Assembly (NCBI GenBank): GCA_965221905.1
Contig: OZ244922.1
Location: 1,952,001-2,016,000 of the forward strand
Source of the DNA: Chloroflexota bacterium
Lineage (GTDB): Bacteria > Chloroflexota > UBA11872 > VXOZ01
Length of the DNA stretch: 64,000 bases
Direction: 5' to 3'
Position numbers and translations under genes: made by a program
The notes under the pieces: model-generated
What the model was told of the DNA's origin: nothing
Databases searched by the model: none
What the model saw: only the letters and a program-made list of their open reading frames with translations
Shown: positions 9,609 through 20,009 of the stretch, piece by piece
Numbering within the stretch: position 1 is the stretch's first letter
Layout: each line of letters opens with the position of its first letter

Positions 9609-10583
9609 TCAAGACGCTTCCGGCAGGTGCAATACCAGCGTTTCCAATGCCAAGCGGGCGTTTACGTTGGCTCGCACCCACTCGCGCGCCTCGTCGATGC
9701 GCTTGATTGCTTTCACGATCTCTTGGGGAGAGACGGCAATGGCGGCTTCGTTGTCAAGGGCATGATTATCTAAGCCGGACCCGTCGGAGACACCTGTTTG
9801 ATACAAGAGAAGCGAGCGCCACCACTCGCTCCACAGTTCAAACAGACGCTCGAGATCGGAAACATCATTTAGCAACTGGTCCACCATTGCGATTCGTGCA
9901 GCCCGGTCGGCCCGGAGAGTCTCCACAAGTGCCCGGATGATTGACTCTTCTTCCACTCGAAGTTCCGGATGGACGCTCGCTTGAATTGCCCATCCCAGTC
10001 GTCCCAAGCTCGCGGCCCCGAGGAATGCTGCATCCCTTTCCGGTACCCCTCGCTGTTCCAACGTAGACTGAACAAGCCGCTGTGGCAGCGCCGTGAGACG
10101 CCACACCTGGCATCGTGACAATAGGGTCGGAGGCAAGATGTGCGTGGATGTGGCGGTGAGGACAAGCGTGTTGTGCGGAGGTGGCTCTTCGAGTGTCTTG
10201 AGCAGGCGTTGGCTCGCTTCAGGCTGGAGAAGGTGGGCATCGAAGATTAGGGAAACGCGCTGCGCCGCCTGATAGGGCCGCAACGCAACCGCTCGCTGCA
10301 AGGCTGCAACTTGCTCCATGCGGATCGACTTGCGGCCCTCCTCCAACTCCACCAGGTGAAGATCGGGGTGCTGCTGGCGCAGAATTCCCTTGCACTGAAT
10401 ACAATCCCAACACGGGTCACCTGGTTGGGCATTGCACAGCAGCGCGGCGGTCAGGTCAAGGGCGAGCGTTCGCTTGCCGATCGATTGGGGGCCGGCGAGC
10501 AAAATAGCGTGCCCCAAAGAGCGTTGGGCAATGGCCCGTTGGAGGAATTGCCGCACACGTTCATGCCCTACTGTTTTCCACAC
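9609..10583 (-). CDS. holB: DNA polymerase III subunit delta'
   Basis: VGHE, HAILLAGP, CxxC zinc module, HPD, LLKTLEEPP, SRC. Confidence 0.9.
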   Translation of the reverse strand: MWKTVGHERVRQFLQRAIAQRSLGHAILLAGPQSIGKRTLALDLTAALLCNAQPGDPCWDCIQCKGILRQQHPDLHLVELEEGRKSIRMEQVAALQRAVALRPYQAAQRVSLIFDAHLLQPEASQRLLKTLEEPPPHNTLVLTATSTHILPPTLLSRCQVWRLTALPQRLVQSTLEQRGVPERDAAFLGAASLGRLGWAIQASVHPELRVEEESIIRALVETLRADRAARIAMVDQLLNDVSDLERLFELWSEWWRSLLLYQTGVSDGSGLDNHALDNEAAIAVSPQEIVKAIKRIDEAREWVRANVNARLALETLVLHLPEAS

Positions 10584-10595
10584 GTCAAGACCCCA

Positions 10596-11843
10596 CTAGG
10601 TACAGTGGATTTCCGCCAGAGAATCCGCCCAATTCGCTAAACGCTGTGCCTCCTGTACGTAACCGTTTAGAACTTGCTCATACGCTTTCGCATTGTATGT
10701 CCCTTCAGGGCCCCAAAGCGCCTGCCACAGCGCTGCTTCCACACGCAGGCCTCTTGCCACGAGTTGCTCGCAATTCTCACGGGAGTTCACCAAAGGAACG
10801 GCGGAAAGGGACCAAGTTTCCAGATAGGTGGCCAGGTGCGCGAGCACTGCCGCCACCGCCTCATAGCGCACTTCCTTTAGCGCCGGGTGCAAGTAGATTA
10901 GCACCCAGCTACCGATGCGCAACGCCGCGGTGTCTTGCAAGTCCGGCGCGTACCCAATTATTGCGTGGTCCAAGTGGGGCAAGAGGTGGGCTGTAGCCGA
11001 ATGTGCGGCGAGTACGGTCCGTATGTCGGCAAGCAAGGCTTCACTCGGCCTGTCGAATGGGTTAGGCTCGGGCCTGAAGGCTTCCAGCGGAATGAGGTTG
11101 GCATCTTTGTAAAGGTCCCCCGCAAAGACATGCGTTACCGTGCCGGGTACGGGTTGACCCGGTATGTCTTCAACCCATCGTTGGATTGCAGTGCGTTGGA
11201 AGCGCTGCACGACAAATGCGCCGATGCGCTCCGGTTGGGACATAGGCAAACCATAGAGCAGTATGGAGAATTCCACATTGCCGAGGACAAGTGGATTTTG
11301 CATGAAGCGCTCAGATATCCCTTGATCGGTAAGCCAGGAGAGACGAATAGCACGAGATTCACTGAAGGTTGATCCACCGTCATCTCTGATCGGTCTTGGT
11401 ATGCCACGGTCAAAGAGCCATTGCTCGTGGCCGGCATCATCAATGAGTTCAAAGACATTGGCAAGCGATATTTGTCCGGTAGCTTTATGCCAAACCAGGA
11501 GCCCTCGCTGGAGGGGCACGTACATGTCGCCAGTGTCTGCATCTGTGTAGGGCGAGGCCACCGGATACCCTAAGGACGCAGCGCCACCGAGACTTTGAAA
11601 CACGGTATAGAATTGGGGGCCGTCGGCAATATCAGCAATAATGAAGCCGAACCCCTCGCCGTAACCGGACGCCTCACTGAAGAATCCTTGGTTTGGCTGC
11701 TCAGTTGTGGCGTACACGTTGCCACGAACGGCCGCCAGAGTCGGCGTCACTGTCAGGAAAGTGAGGCAGAAAGCGAGAAGGAGGCTGAAGGTGCATTGCC
11801 ACCAACAGTTACCCGACAATTGACTTCTTGGCATTGGGGTCAT
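10596..11843 (-). CDS. Secreted protein with Chloroflexota-type wall repeats and a degenerate zincin-like C-terminus
   Basis: Signal peptide (..LLLAFCLTFLTVTPTLA-A), LGYPVASP and YGLPMS...VQRFQR repeats, AAVLAHLATY. Start uncertain. Confidence 0.65.
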   Translation of the reverse strand: MTPMPRSQLSGNCWWQCTFSLLLAFCLTFLTVTPTLAAVRGNVYATTEQPNQGFFSEASGYGEGFGFIIADIADGPQFYTVFQSLGGAASLGYPVASPYTDADTGDMYVPLQRGLLVWHKATGQISLANVFELIDDAGHEQWLFDRGIPRPIRDDGGSTFSESRAIRLSWLTDQGISERFMQNPLVLGNVEFSILLYGLPMSQPERIGAFVVQRFQRTAIQRWVEDIPGQPVPGTVTHVFAGDLYKDANLIPLEAFRPEPNPFDRPSEALLADIRTVLAAHSATAHLLPHLDHAIIGYAPDLQDTAALRIGSWVLIYLHPALKEVRYEAVAAVLAHLATYLETWSLSAVPLVNSRENCEQLVARGLRVEAALWQALWGPEGTYNAKAYEQVLNGYVQEAQRLANWADSLAEIHCT

Positions 11844-12474
11844 CGTTGAACACTACACCCAGAACGTGGGCGTCGATCTGAGCCAACATTGCTTTGGCAC
11901 GCTGCATATGGTCACGTCGCGTCTGATTCGCGCGTACAACGAGCAGCACGCCATCGACGCATCGGGCCAGTGCAGTGGCGTCCGCGGCCAAAAGGACTGA
12001 CGGTGTGTCGAGGATGACGTGATCGCTTTGATGAGCAAGGTCGGCGATGAAGTCGGCCATGGGGCGCGAAGCGAGAAGCTCAGGAGCGTTATCCGGTACT
12101 GTGCCGGCGGTAAGAAGACGCAGTCCTGCAGCGCCACAGTTCTCGTGAAATTCAGGAGTCCCCCCGCCATTAAGGTAGTCTGCGAGACCGGGATTCTGGG
12201 AAACTCCAAAGGCGGTGTGTAAGCCAGGCGTACGTAGATTAGCATCGATAAGCGAAACGCTGAGACCCATTTGGGCGAGCGCAGCCGCAAGGTTAGCGGA
12301 AACAAGGCTTTTGCCTTCATGCGGACCGGCGCTCGTAACCAGAAGTGTCTTCTGCGAGTTTTCTTCTGCCTGAAAGCGGATAATGGTGCGCAGTGCGCGA
12401 AACGCTTCTGCAGCAGGGCTCATGGCATCGTGCAACGAGGGAAGCGGTACGGAAGTTTCTGTCATGATAGTCAA
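11809..12474 (-). CDS. CpsD/CapB-family BY-kinase-like ATPase
   Basis: EAFRALRT, Walker A SAGPHEGKS, LIDANLR, VILDTPS, LGVVFN. Confidence 0.9.
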   Translation of the reverse strand: MTIMTETSVPLPSLHDAMSPAAEAFRALRTIIRFQAEENSQKTLLVTSAGPHEGKSLVSANLAAALAQMGLSVSLIDANLRTPGLHTAFGVSQNPGLADYLNGGGTPEFHENCGAAGLRLLTAGTVPDNAPELLASRPMADFIADLAHQSDHVILDTPSVLLAADATALARCVDGVLLVVRANQTRRDHMQRAKAMLAQIDAHVLGVVFNDDPNAKKSIVG

Positions 12475-12505
12475 TGCCTCACGTCGTCAAGGGCAGTTGG
12501 GTAGA

Positions 12506-13213
12506 TTACGTCGTTTGCTCGCCAAGATTACTATTGGATGTTGCAACCGGGGGTATGCAGGCCACTGAGGACACACCAAGAAGCTGCTCGGCCTCCTCTC
12601 GCAAGCGAACGCGGGGATCTAGGAATTCCATTGCTAGCGCCAACACTACGCCAGCCATCGTGCCAAGCACAAGCGCAACCGCCACGTTGAAACGCAATCG
12701 TGGGCCGATCTGTCCAGCGCTACTCGCCTTATCAAGCACCTGCGCGCGTAAGAAGATGTCTCCACCCGGTCCGCTGCTCTGCTCGGACTCTGCCAGTCGC
12801 GCGAGTTCATCTGCAAACCCATTAGCAACGTGAACTGCCTGCTCCGCAGAGGTACTCTCGGCCTGGATTATGACTTTGTAGCTGGCCGGCACGATAATCA
12901 TCCGCAGTCCGCTCAGCACATTCCCCGGCGGAACATCAAGCTGCTTTTGCTCAACAACGCGTTGCGCTACTTCCCAGGTCTTCACGCGTTCAACATATGT
13001 GTTCATCAGCCGTTCTACAGCTTGTATCGTCCAGTAGTCGATTACGTTGGGCGTAACCAAGACACTCACCCCAGCTTGGTATACGGGCTGCTGGCGACTG
13101 CTATAGAAGTAGGACGTGAGTGCGGCGATGACGGCCACGACAAGCACTATCCAATAGCGCCGTCGTATGACGCCGGTGTAGTCTCGTAGTCTTAGGGATG
13201 CGATCTCAAGCAT
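12506..13213 (-). CDS. CapA/Wzz polysaccharide co-polymerase
   Basis: N-terminal TM after RRRYW, PVYQA, C-terminal GPR..N TM and EFLDPR..EEAEQLLG..IP. Confidence 0.85.
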   Translation of the reverse strand: MLEIASLRLRDYTGVIRRRYWIVLVVAVIAALTSYFYSSRQQPVYQAGVSVLVTPNVIDYWTIQAVERLMNTYVERVKTWEVAQRVVEQKQLDVPPGNVLSGLRMIIVPASYKVIIQAESTSAEQAVHVANGFADELARLAESEQSSGPGGDIFLRAQVLDKASSAGQIGPRLRFNVAVALVLGTMAGVVLALAMEFLDPRVRLREEAEQLLGVSSVACIPPVATSNSNLGEQTT

Positions 13214-13238
13214 TCATCGTGCCTTGGCGTCGCTGCAG

Positions 13239-13976
13239 CTACGACTCTTCCGAATCACTGTGACCGGACGCCGCTAGATGCTCGGGAATAGGTGGGATAT
13301 TCGCAAGAACCGGAATAAGGAGGGCTTCCTCTACGTCCTCCCGTGATCGACATAAACCCGATAGTACCTCTAGCACGAACGCAAATCCGGTAACAAGGAG
13401 AAAAGCGACCAGCGTACGGGCAAAGATGTCGAGGCCGAGGCGCACTAGAGACGTAGCTTCCGGTTCACTTGCCGGATCGACAATCTGCACGCTTACAAGC
13501 TCTTTACGCACGCTAGCGAATAAGTCCCCCGCTCTTGTTTCAAGAATGGTTTCCGCGGCATCTGCCAATGCCTGGGCAACTCTTGGATCGCTACTGGTGA
13601 AGGTGAGCTCCAAGAGACGGCTGTCTTGTTCGATGCTGAGGGAATCTGAAATCTCCCGCGGCGTCAACTGTAATTCGTAGCTTTGCGCAATAATCTCGGC
13701 GATGTCTGCGGCAAATGCTAGGCCTTCAACAATCTCTGCAAAGTCTTCGATGTTGTATTGGGCTATGAGCTGGCGAAAGTATTCCTGGGAGTAGTAGAAC
13801 CCTGCCTCTTGGTCTGCGGGCGGCGGAACCGGCTGCACGTGTACCCGCACCGATGACTCGTAGGCGTTGGGCCAAATGAGCGCTAAGAGCACACTGCCGA
13901 CGAACGCCACAATCGTGACGCTCAGAATTAGCTTCTTTCTCGCTCCAAGGATTCGGAGATAGAACTGGATGCTCAT
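13239..13976 (-). CDS. CapA/Wzz polysaccharide co-polymerase (second copy)
   Basis: Two TM helices, IVDPASEP, EDVEEALLIPVLANIP. Confidence 0.8.
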   Translation of the reverse strand: MSIQFYLRILGARKKLILSVTIVAFVGSVLLALIWPNAYESSVRVHVQPVPPPADQEAGFYYSQEYFRQLIAQYNIEDFAEIVEGLAFAADIAEIIAQSYELQLTPREISDSLSIEQDSRLLELTFTSSDPRVAQALADAAETILETRAGDLFASVRKELVSVQIVDPASEPEATSLVRLGLDIFARTLVAFLLVTGFAFVLEVLSGLCRSREDVEEALLIPVLANIPPIPEHLAASGHSDSEES

Positions 13977-14051
13977 GGACGGCCTAGGTGTGCGCTCAAT
14001 TTAATTTCATCATAACAGATTCTTCACCTACTCCCGAAGTTTGCGCGACGC

Positions 14052-15161
14052 CTAGTCTCTTGAAAGGTTTAGGCCACTTGGACCCGCGTCAACGAGAGAT
14101 GCTAGCTTCTCTTTGAAAATGCGAGTGTCGAACGTTGCGGCATGTGCGGCTATCTGCTCGGCACTAAACGCCATGGCGTTGAATCGCTCTATGGCTTCGC
14201 ACAGTGATTCCACCTTCTGCTCCAAGAAGAAGAGGCCGGTTTCGCCATCCACGACCGTATCAAGCGCGCCTCCGGCGGCGTAGGCAATGACCGGCCTACC
14301 CGAGGCTTGCGTTTCGACGGGAACAAGGCCAAAGTCCTCCTCGCCCGGAAAGATGAGCGCTTGGCACTGGGAAAACTGGCGGCGCCGCTCTTCATTACTT
14401 ACATAACCCAGGAACTGCACGTTGGACTGCGCCATTGCTTCCAGGCGGGTGCGGTCTCGGCCATCGCCAATGATCCGAAGCGGCAAGCGGAGCCGGTTGA
14501 AGGCTTGCACCACTAAGTCCACCCGCTTGTAAGGGACCAGACGCGAGACCACCAAGAAGTAGTCGTCAATCTTACTGGAAGGAGAAAATTGCGTTGTGTC
14601 GACCGGTGGATAGAGAATGGTGGCTTCTCGCTTATAGAGTTTCCGAATTCTTGCAGCCACCGCCCGCGAAATCGCAACAAAATCGTCCACCCGCGCACTA
14701 TTTGTTACATCCCACGCACGAATCCAAGTAAGCATTGGCGGCAAGATCTTTTGTGACAGCCAGCCGACTTGCTCCCCCGCCAGGTATTCATGCGTGTTCC
14801 AAGCAAAGCGCATAGGGGAAAGGCAGTAGCATATGTGCCAAGCGTCTTCGCGCGTAATAACACCTTTGCACCAAGCGCTGCTGTTACTTAGAACGACGTC
14901 AAATTCGCGGAGGTCAAGATGCTCGAAAGCCACCGGATAGAGCGGGAGTAGCTTTTGGTGACGGGGATAGCGCGTAAACGGGCCGAATTTCTGCAGGAAG
15001 GTCGTGCGAATGTCGAACTCGCGGAAAGCCGGGGGCATGGCCTCGGGGCGGTAGAAGGACGTGTAAATGGGGGCCTGGGGGAATATCTCGTGAAGGGTGT
15101 GCAGCACGTTTTCCGCGCCACCCATCTGATTGAGGTAGTCATGTAGGATCGCAATACGCAT
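14052..15161 (-). CDS. GT4 glycosyltransferase
   Basis: HDYLNQMGGAE, SRLVPYKR, EDFGLVPVE..ASGRPVI. Confidence 0.92.
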   Translation of the reverse strand: MRIAILHDYLNQMGGAENVLHTLHEIFPQAPIYTSFYRPEAMPPAFREFDIRTTFLQKFGPFTRYPRHQKLLPLYPVAFEHLDLREFDVVLSNSSAWCKGVITREDAWHICYCLSPMRFAWNTHEYLAGEQVGWLSQKILPPMLTWIRAWDVTNSARVDDFVAISRAVAARIRKLYKREATILYPPVDTTQFSPSSKIDDYFLVVSRLVPYKRVDLVVQAFNRLRLPLRIIGDGRDRTRLEAMAQSNVQFLGYVSNEERRRQFSQCQALIFPGEEDFGLVPVETQASGRPVIAYAAGGALDTVVDGETGLFFLEQKVESLCEAIERFNAMAFSAEQIAAHAATFDTRIFKEKLASLVDAGPSGLNLSRD

Positions 15162-15503
15162 TGACAGAGGAAGACCACCTACGCGATTACAGGACTAGGC
15201 GCGCTTCGTTGTGCCAGCGGCCTGGTAGGAAAACTTCGTGATACTTGGCTGTGAACAATTCAGGATTAGCTATCTACTGACCCAATGTCAGCTTTAAATG
15301 GGAACTGAAAAGAGGCAATGATTTGCTTCTATCGTCACAGGAGAAGAGTATTGGCAGGGTAAGGTTCCCCAAGATGAATCAATGAACTTCATGATAGGGT
15401 GTGTCGAAATCCAGACACAGAACCGCCTTGGATGGTCTTAGAGTCTTGGTGACACCTCGCTGGGCATCCCATCTGTCGATGGTCCTGCCAAGAAGCGTCT
15501 TGC

Positions 15504-16970
15504 TCAATAGGCGCCGTCACGACCGATTACTGCAGGAATCGTGCGTATGATTAGATTGATGTCGAGACCGAGTGACCAGTTGTCGATGTAATAGATGTCC
15601 ATCATCACCATCTCTTCAAATGGGACGTTGCTCCGTCCATTCACTTGCCACAGGCCGGTAAGACCGGGCTTTACAATGAGACGCTTCTTTTGCCACTCTT
15701 CATATTGGTCCACTTCTTCCGAAAGCGGGGCGCGGGGACCGACCAGGCTCATGTCGCCACGCAAGATGTTCCAAAACTGCGGCAGTTCATCGAGCGACAG
15801 CCTGCGCAACCAGGCTCCTACTCTTGTGCGCCGAGGATCGTTTTCAATCTTGAATAGCGGGCCGTCGGCCTGATTGCGATCTGCAAGGGAAGCGCGCAGT
15901 TGCTCAGCATCTTCACGCATCGAACGAAACTTGAACATTCTGAATGGCTTACCGTCCTGGCCTACGCGTTCTGCCGCGTAAAATACCGGCCCGGACGACT
16001 CGAGTTTGATGGCGAGCGCAATCAATAAGAAAACCGGGCTTCCCAAGAGAAGCACTACGGCGGAGACGCCAGTATCAATGAGACGCTTCAAGATGAAGTT
16101 CCAGCCTACAATGCCGCCGTCTTTTAGACCGATGATGGGAATGCCGCCGATCGAATCGAGGTCCACCGTGTTGAGTTGAATTTCAAAGAGGTCGGGAACG
16201 ACGTAGAATCCCACACGCTGCTGCTTGCACTGTTCTATTATCTCGGCGATGCTGCGGTGTTCCGTTGCGGGCAGAGCGATTATGACCCGTTCCACGCCAT
16301 GGGCCTGCACAGCGTGAGCGAGATGATCGACCGGCCCCAACACTTTGATGCGGCCGAAATGTGCTCCTCGCGCAAAATGATCGTCATCTAGAAATCCGAT
16401 GAGCCGGTATCCCATGTTTTGATGAGTTACAACCTGCTGCATGATCATCTTGCCATGCATACCGCCTCCCACTACTACCAATTGCTCAAGAAGCCGGCCG
16501 CGCCGTCGGAGCGCATCGACCCCTAGTCGCGTGAGCAAGCGGCTTGCACTGATAATTAGCGGGGTGTTCAGCCAAAGGAAGATGAACATGCCGCGAGAGT
16601 ATCCGGCATATCCCTCCGGACGATACAAGAAAAACACGGCGATGATAAAGAACGCCGCAAGCGTGGATCCTAAGAAGATTCGCCCTATTTCTTCTACCAG
16701 GCCGGTGGATCTCCGCAGGCGGTAGACGCGCGCAATTTGGAATGCAACGAATACGAGCGCGATATGCGCAATGAGCACCGGCTGATAGTAGCGAAATTCC
16801 AGGTGTTGGAATTCCGTCAGATCCGGCCCAATTTCCATCTCGTAACGCAGCCACCAAGAGAAATAAAGGGCAAGACCGGCAAGGATGAGGTCGAGGAAGA
16901 CTACAAGCAGCTTCGCGGTGAGCCGGTGTCTTCGCTTGGTTTTCGTTGGCGAGACCATTGAAGCAATCAT
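15504..16970 (-). CDS. Undecaprenyl-phosphate hexose-1-phosphotransferase (WcaJ/CpsE-like priming GT)
   Basis: 4 TM + CoA-binding-like domain + KRLID, KFRSM, SLDELPQ, MSLVGPR, KPGLTGLWQV. Confidence 0.93.
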   Translation of the reverse strand: MIASMVSPTKTKRRHRLTAKLLVVFLDLILAGLALYFSWWLRYEMEIGPDLTEFQHLEFRYYQPVLIAHIALVFVAFQIARVYRLRRSTGLVEEIGRIFLGSTLAAFFIIAVFFLYRPEGYAGYSRGMFIFLWLNTPLIISASRLLTRLGVDALRRRGRLLEQLVVVGGGMHGKMIMQQVVTHQNMGYRLIGFLDDDHFARGAHFGRIKVLGPVDHLAHAVQAHGVERVIIALPATEHRSIAEIIEQCKQQRVGFYVVPDLFEIQLNTVDLDSIGGIPIIGLKDGGIVGWNFILKRLIDTGVSAVVLLLGSPVFLLIALAIKLESSGPVFYAAERVGQDGKPFRMFKFRSMREDAEQLRASLADRNQADGPLFKIENDPRRTRVGAWLRRLSLDELPQFWNILRGDMSLVGPRAPLSEEVDQYEEWQKKRLIVKPGLTGLWQVNGRSNVPFEEMVMMDIYYIDNWSLGLDINLIIRTIPAVIGRDGAY

Positions 16971-18127
16971 TGTTTCCTAGCTGGCGGCGCTTGAGGGCCG
17001 AGAGCTTCGTAGAGTTCCATACAAATTCGCACTGAGTTCGACCATGAAAAGCAGGTTGCTTGCTTGAGCCCACGCTCACGCAATGCATCGGCGAATGCGG
17101 AGTCCGTCAATATACTTGCCATTGCGGTAGCGAGTTGATTCTCCGCACGCGGCGGTACAAGCACGCCGGCGTCGCGAACGACTTCCGGCAATGATGACGT
17201 GTTTGAGGCAATCACCGGAGTACCCGAGGCCATTGCTTCGAGAACCGGGTAGCCGAATCCCTCATAGGATGACGGATAGGCAAGAAGCTCGGCGCTGCTA
17301 TACCACATTGGCAATTCCTCACGCGCCACGTAGCCCGGCATGAGTAAACGATCGCCAATCCCTGCTTCTGCAATTGCTTGCTGAATTGCCTGCGTCATCC
17401 AACCCTTTGCACCCACCAAGACCAGGCTATGGGGCAAGTTCTCTTGGCGTACAACCTTCCCAAAGGCTCGAATCAGTACGTCGACATTCTTGCGCGGCTC
17501 CATTGTCCCGACATAGAGAACGAAGTGTTTTGGCAAGCCTTTGGCTTTGCGGAAATCGCTTTTCTCTTCCTGTGAGCGGGGATGGAAGTCTGTGTCAGCA
17601 GCCGGATACACCACACGAACGCGCTCTTCCGGTACTCCCAACATTTCGACGACGTCATCGCGAGTGCTCATCGAATCCGCTACTACGGCGTTTGCACGGC
17701 GAGCAGACAAACTGGTAAAAAGCTGAAGATAACGTTGCTTTGGCCGAGGAAATAGCTTGGGGTAGCGCAAGAAAGTGAGATCGTGGACCGTCAGGACAGT
17801 GGGACAGGCTGCCGCCATTGGAATTACATTGAGCGGACAGTGTAGTACATCCAGTGTATCACGCGCTGTGTGCCATGCCAAGACCGTCTGTTCCCAGAGG
17901 ATGCGGGGCACCGGGTGGGCGGTGGGAAGCCGGCTTGTAATAACAGTTGGGGCGTATCGCGTACACTCTTGCCACGTAGGCATGAGATGATTCGTAAAAA
18001 GGGTGTAGCGGTTTTCGCCGTCGCAATTGAGCAAGTGTGTTGTCAATTGGCGGATGTAGTGGCTAATGCCGGCATTGCGATAGTCCTGCGAGGTGTAGAG
18101 CTTCAGGGCGTTGATCCCGATTTCCAC
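16967..18127 (-). CDS. GT4 glycosyltransferase
   Basis: TVHDL, GTMEPRKN, YEGFGYPVLEAMASGTPV. Confidence 0.92.
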   Translation of the reverse strand: MEIGINALKLYTSQDYRNAGISHYIRQLTTHLLNCDGENRYTLFTNHLMPTWQECTRYAPTVITSRLPTAHPVPRILWEQTVLAWHTARDTLDVLHCPLNVIPMAAACPTVLTVHDLTFLRYPKLFPRPKQRYLQLFTSLSARRANAVVADSMSTRDDVVEMLGVPEERVRVVYPAADTDFHPRSQEEKSDFRKAKGLPKHFVLYVGTMEPRKNVDVLIRAFGKVVRQENLPHSLVLVGAKGWMTQAIQQAIAEAGIGDRLLMPGYVAREELPMWYSSAELLAYPSSYEGFGYPVLEAMASGTPVIASNTSSLPEVVRDAGVLVPPRAENQLATAMASILTDSAFADALRERGLKQATCFSWSNSVRICMELYEALGPQAPPARKQ

Positions 18128-18508
18128 GGCCTAACCTCGGACTACTTGTCGCCTCACCGGGTAGCCTACATACTTAACCTTTATTGTAGCGTGTGGCTGG
18201 GTGCCCTGCCCACAGTTCGTGATTCCATGCAGAAATTTCTTTGCTAGAGGGAAGCAGGAGAACGCTGTTCATGCCTCTCGATACTGAGAGAGGCGGAGCC
18301 GGATAGTTCGCTTTGCAAGGTGCCCGGCAGACGGCGTACCTCTCTTGCTTCAGAGTAGAGTAGTTGCCCTGGAGCGAGCGTTGCCTGGACTCTAATGTGA
18401 GCTGTGGAACGCTCAAATGGGCAGCACGTATTGCTGAATCGCCACATGATTTCATGCTAGCATGGGTGCACGATGTAATCGCACCACTTTGTGAGGAGCT
18501 AGAGCGCC

Positions 18509-19270
18509 ATGCGTCTTGGAATCGTGACCTATAACATTGCGTCAGATTGGGACATTCCCACAATCTTCGCCAATTGTGAAGCAGCAGGTGTTTATGGGGT
18601 AGAACTCCGCACAACCCATGCGCACGGTGTTGAGCCTTCACTCTCGACGCAGCAGCGCCACGAAGTGCGCGCGCAGTTTGAGGATTCGCCGGTCACAATC
18701 ATCGGACTGGGCACGACGTGCGAATTCCATGCGCTCGATCAAGAGACGGTCAGGGGGAACATTGAAATTGCGAAGGCGTCCGCTCAGCTCGCCCACGACT
18801 TGAACGCCGCGGGCATCAAGGTCCGCCCAAACGGTCTGCAAGCGGAGGCCGGTGTACCTAGAGAACAGACCCTTGCTCAAATCGGTGGTGCGCTCAGGGA
18901 GGTTGGCGCTGCCGCCCAAGACCTAAACGTTGAAGTCTGGGTTGAGATGCATGGCCGCGACACTGCAGAGCCACAGAATATGCGGCAAATAATGGACAAC
19001 GCTGACCACCAAAATGTCTTCGCATGCTGGAATTCGAACCCGCAGGATTTAGAGGAAGGCTCCATAGCCAAGAACTATGCCTTGATGCGAGATGCGATAC
19101 GCCACGTCCACATCAATCGACTTTACAGCGACTATCCGTATCGCGAGCTGTTTGGGCTCTTGAATGAGGATGGTTACGCGGGATGGCTCTGCGCTGAAAT
19201 TCAAGAATCATCCGACCCGATCACTGTGCTGCAATACTACCGCACCCTCTTTCAAAGCTTAGGTGGGTAG
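18509..19270 (+). CDS. Sugar-phosphate isomerase/epimerase (xylose-isomerase-like TIM barrel)
   Basis: GVELR, VEMHG, HVH, GYAGWLCAE. GAGGAG RBS. Confidence 0.85.
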   Translation: MRLGIVTYNIASDWDIPTIFANCEAAGVYGVELRTTHAHGVEPSLSTQQRHEVRAQFEDSPVTIIGLGTTCEFHALDQETVRGNIEIAKASAQLAHDLNAAGIKVRPNGLQAEAGVPREQTLAQIGGALREVGAAAQDLNVEVWVEMHGRDTAEPQNMRQIMDNADHQNVFACWNSNPQDLEEGSIAKNYALMRDAIRHVHINRLYSDYPYRELFGLLNEDGYAGWLCAEIQESSDPITVLQYYRTLFQSLGG

Positions 19271-19510
19271 GCTTTCGCTCGACCTTGCGCAATCCCGGCG
19301 CTTATCCGGTGTCGCAATTCGTCGAAAACGGTATAATTGGGATTGGCGCTACAAGGTGAACTGTATCATTTGGATGTGACCAATTAACTACGGGAGCCAA
19401 GGCAAGAGGTAAGACCGGTCGGCAGGAGGTTGTAAATTCGCTTGTTGTCCGAACGTTATCAATGACGAACGGCTAGAAGCAACATAGACTTCCCGCAACC
19501 ATTTTCAATC

Positions 19511-19912
19511 ATGGCACGAAGAAGGCGAAAACCGAACAGCAAGCGGCGCAGACCGATGCGTTCCCCGGGAGCAACCGGTGAGCGCACCGTGGCAAACGCT
19601 TCCCAAGCGGAGCGTAAGGCCGAACCTAGGGAAATTGCCGACGGCGATCCGGCTACTGTTGCCCCATCGCCATCTTCTGCCATTACTCCCCAAACTCCGG
19701 GAAATGCGCGTGGGAGTCTGCTTGATGGCGCGCAGTCATTTTCAGGCTCCACGAAGGAGAGAACGTCCTGGCCTACTCGCCGTAAGCGGTCGCAACTGGT
19801 GGAGCTTCCGGTCCAGGAACTCGACCATGTACGAGGCGACTTGGCGCGGATTGGGCTGCTTTCATTGGGAATGGTGATCGTACTCGTGACGCTAACCTTC
19901 GTTCTGCGGTGA
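19511..19912 (+). CDS. Hypothetical protein with basic disordered N-terminus and C-terminal TM helix
   Basis: MARRRRK start, HVRGDLARI followed by a 20-aa hydrophobic tail. Confidence 0.6.
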   Translation: MARRRRKPNSKRRRPMRSPGATGERTVANASQAERKAEPREIADGDPATVAPSPSSAITPQTPGNARGSLLDGAQSFSGSTKERTSWPTRRKRSQLVELPVQELDHVRGDLARIGLLSLGMVIVLVTLTFVLR

Positions 19913-20009
19913 AGAGTACATGGTGTCTTGTAACACGTAGACAGCGTCATCGTGCGCACTTCAACCGATTTGTTGTTTGTCAAAACCAATAGCACTGTGA
20001 AATTGAATC

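Noticed and set aside
15162-15503. 342-bp gap inside the polysaccharide locus with an IS-end-like TAGGGTGTGTC
   Set aside because: No matching second end, ORF or second copy in the window.
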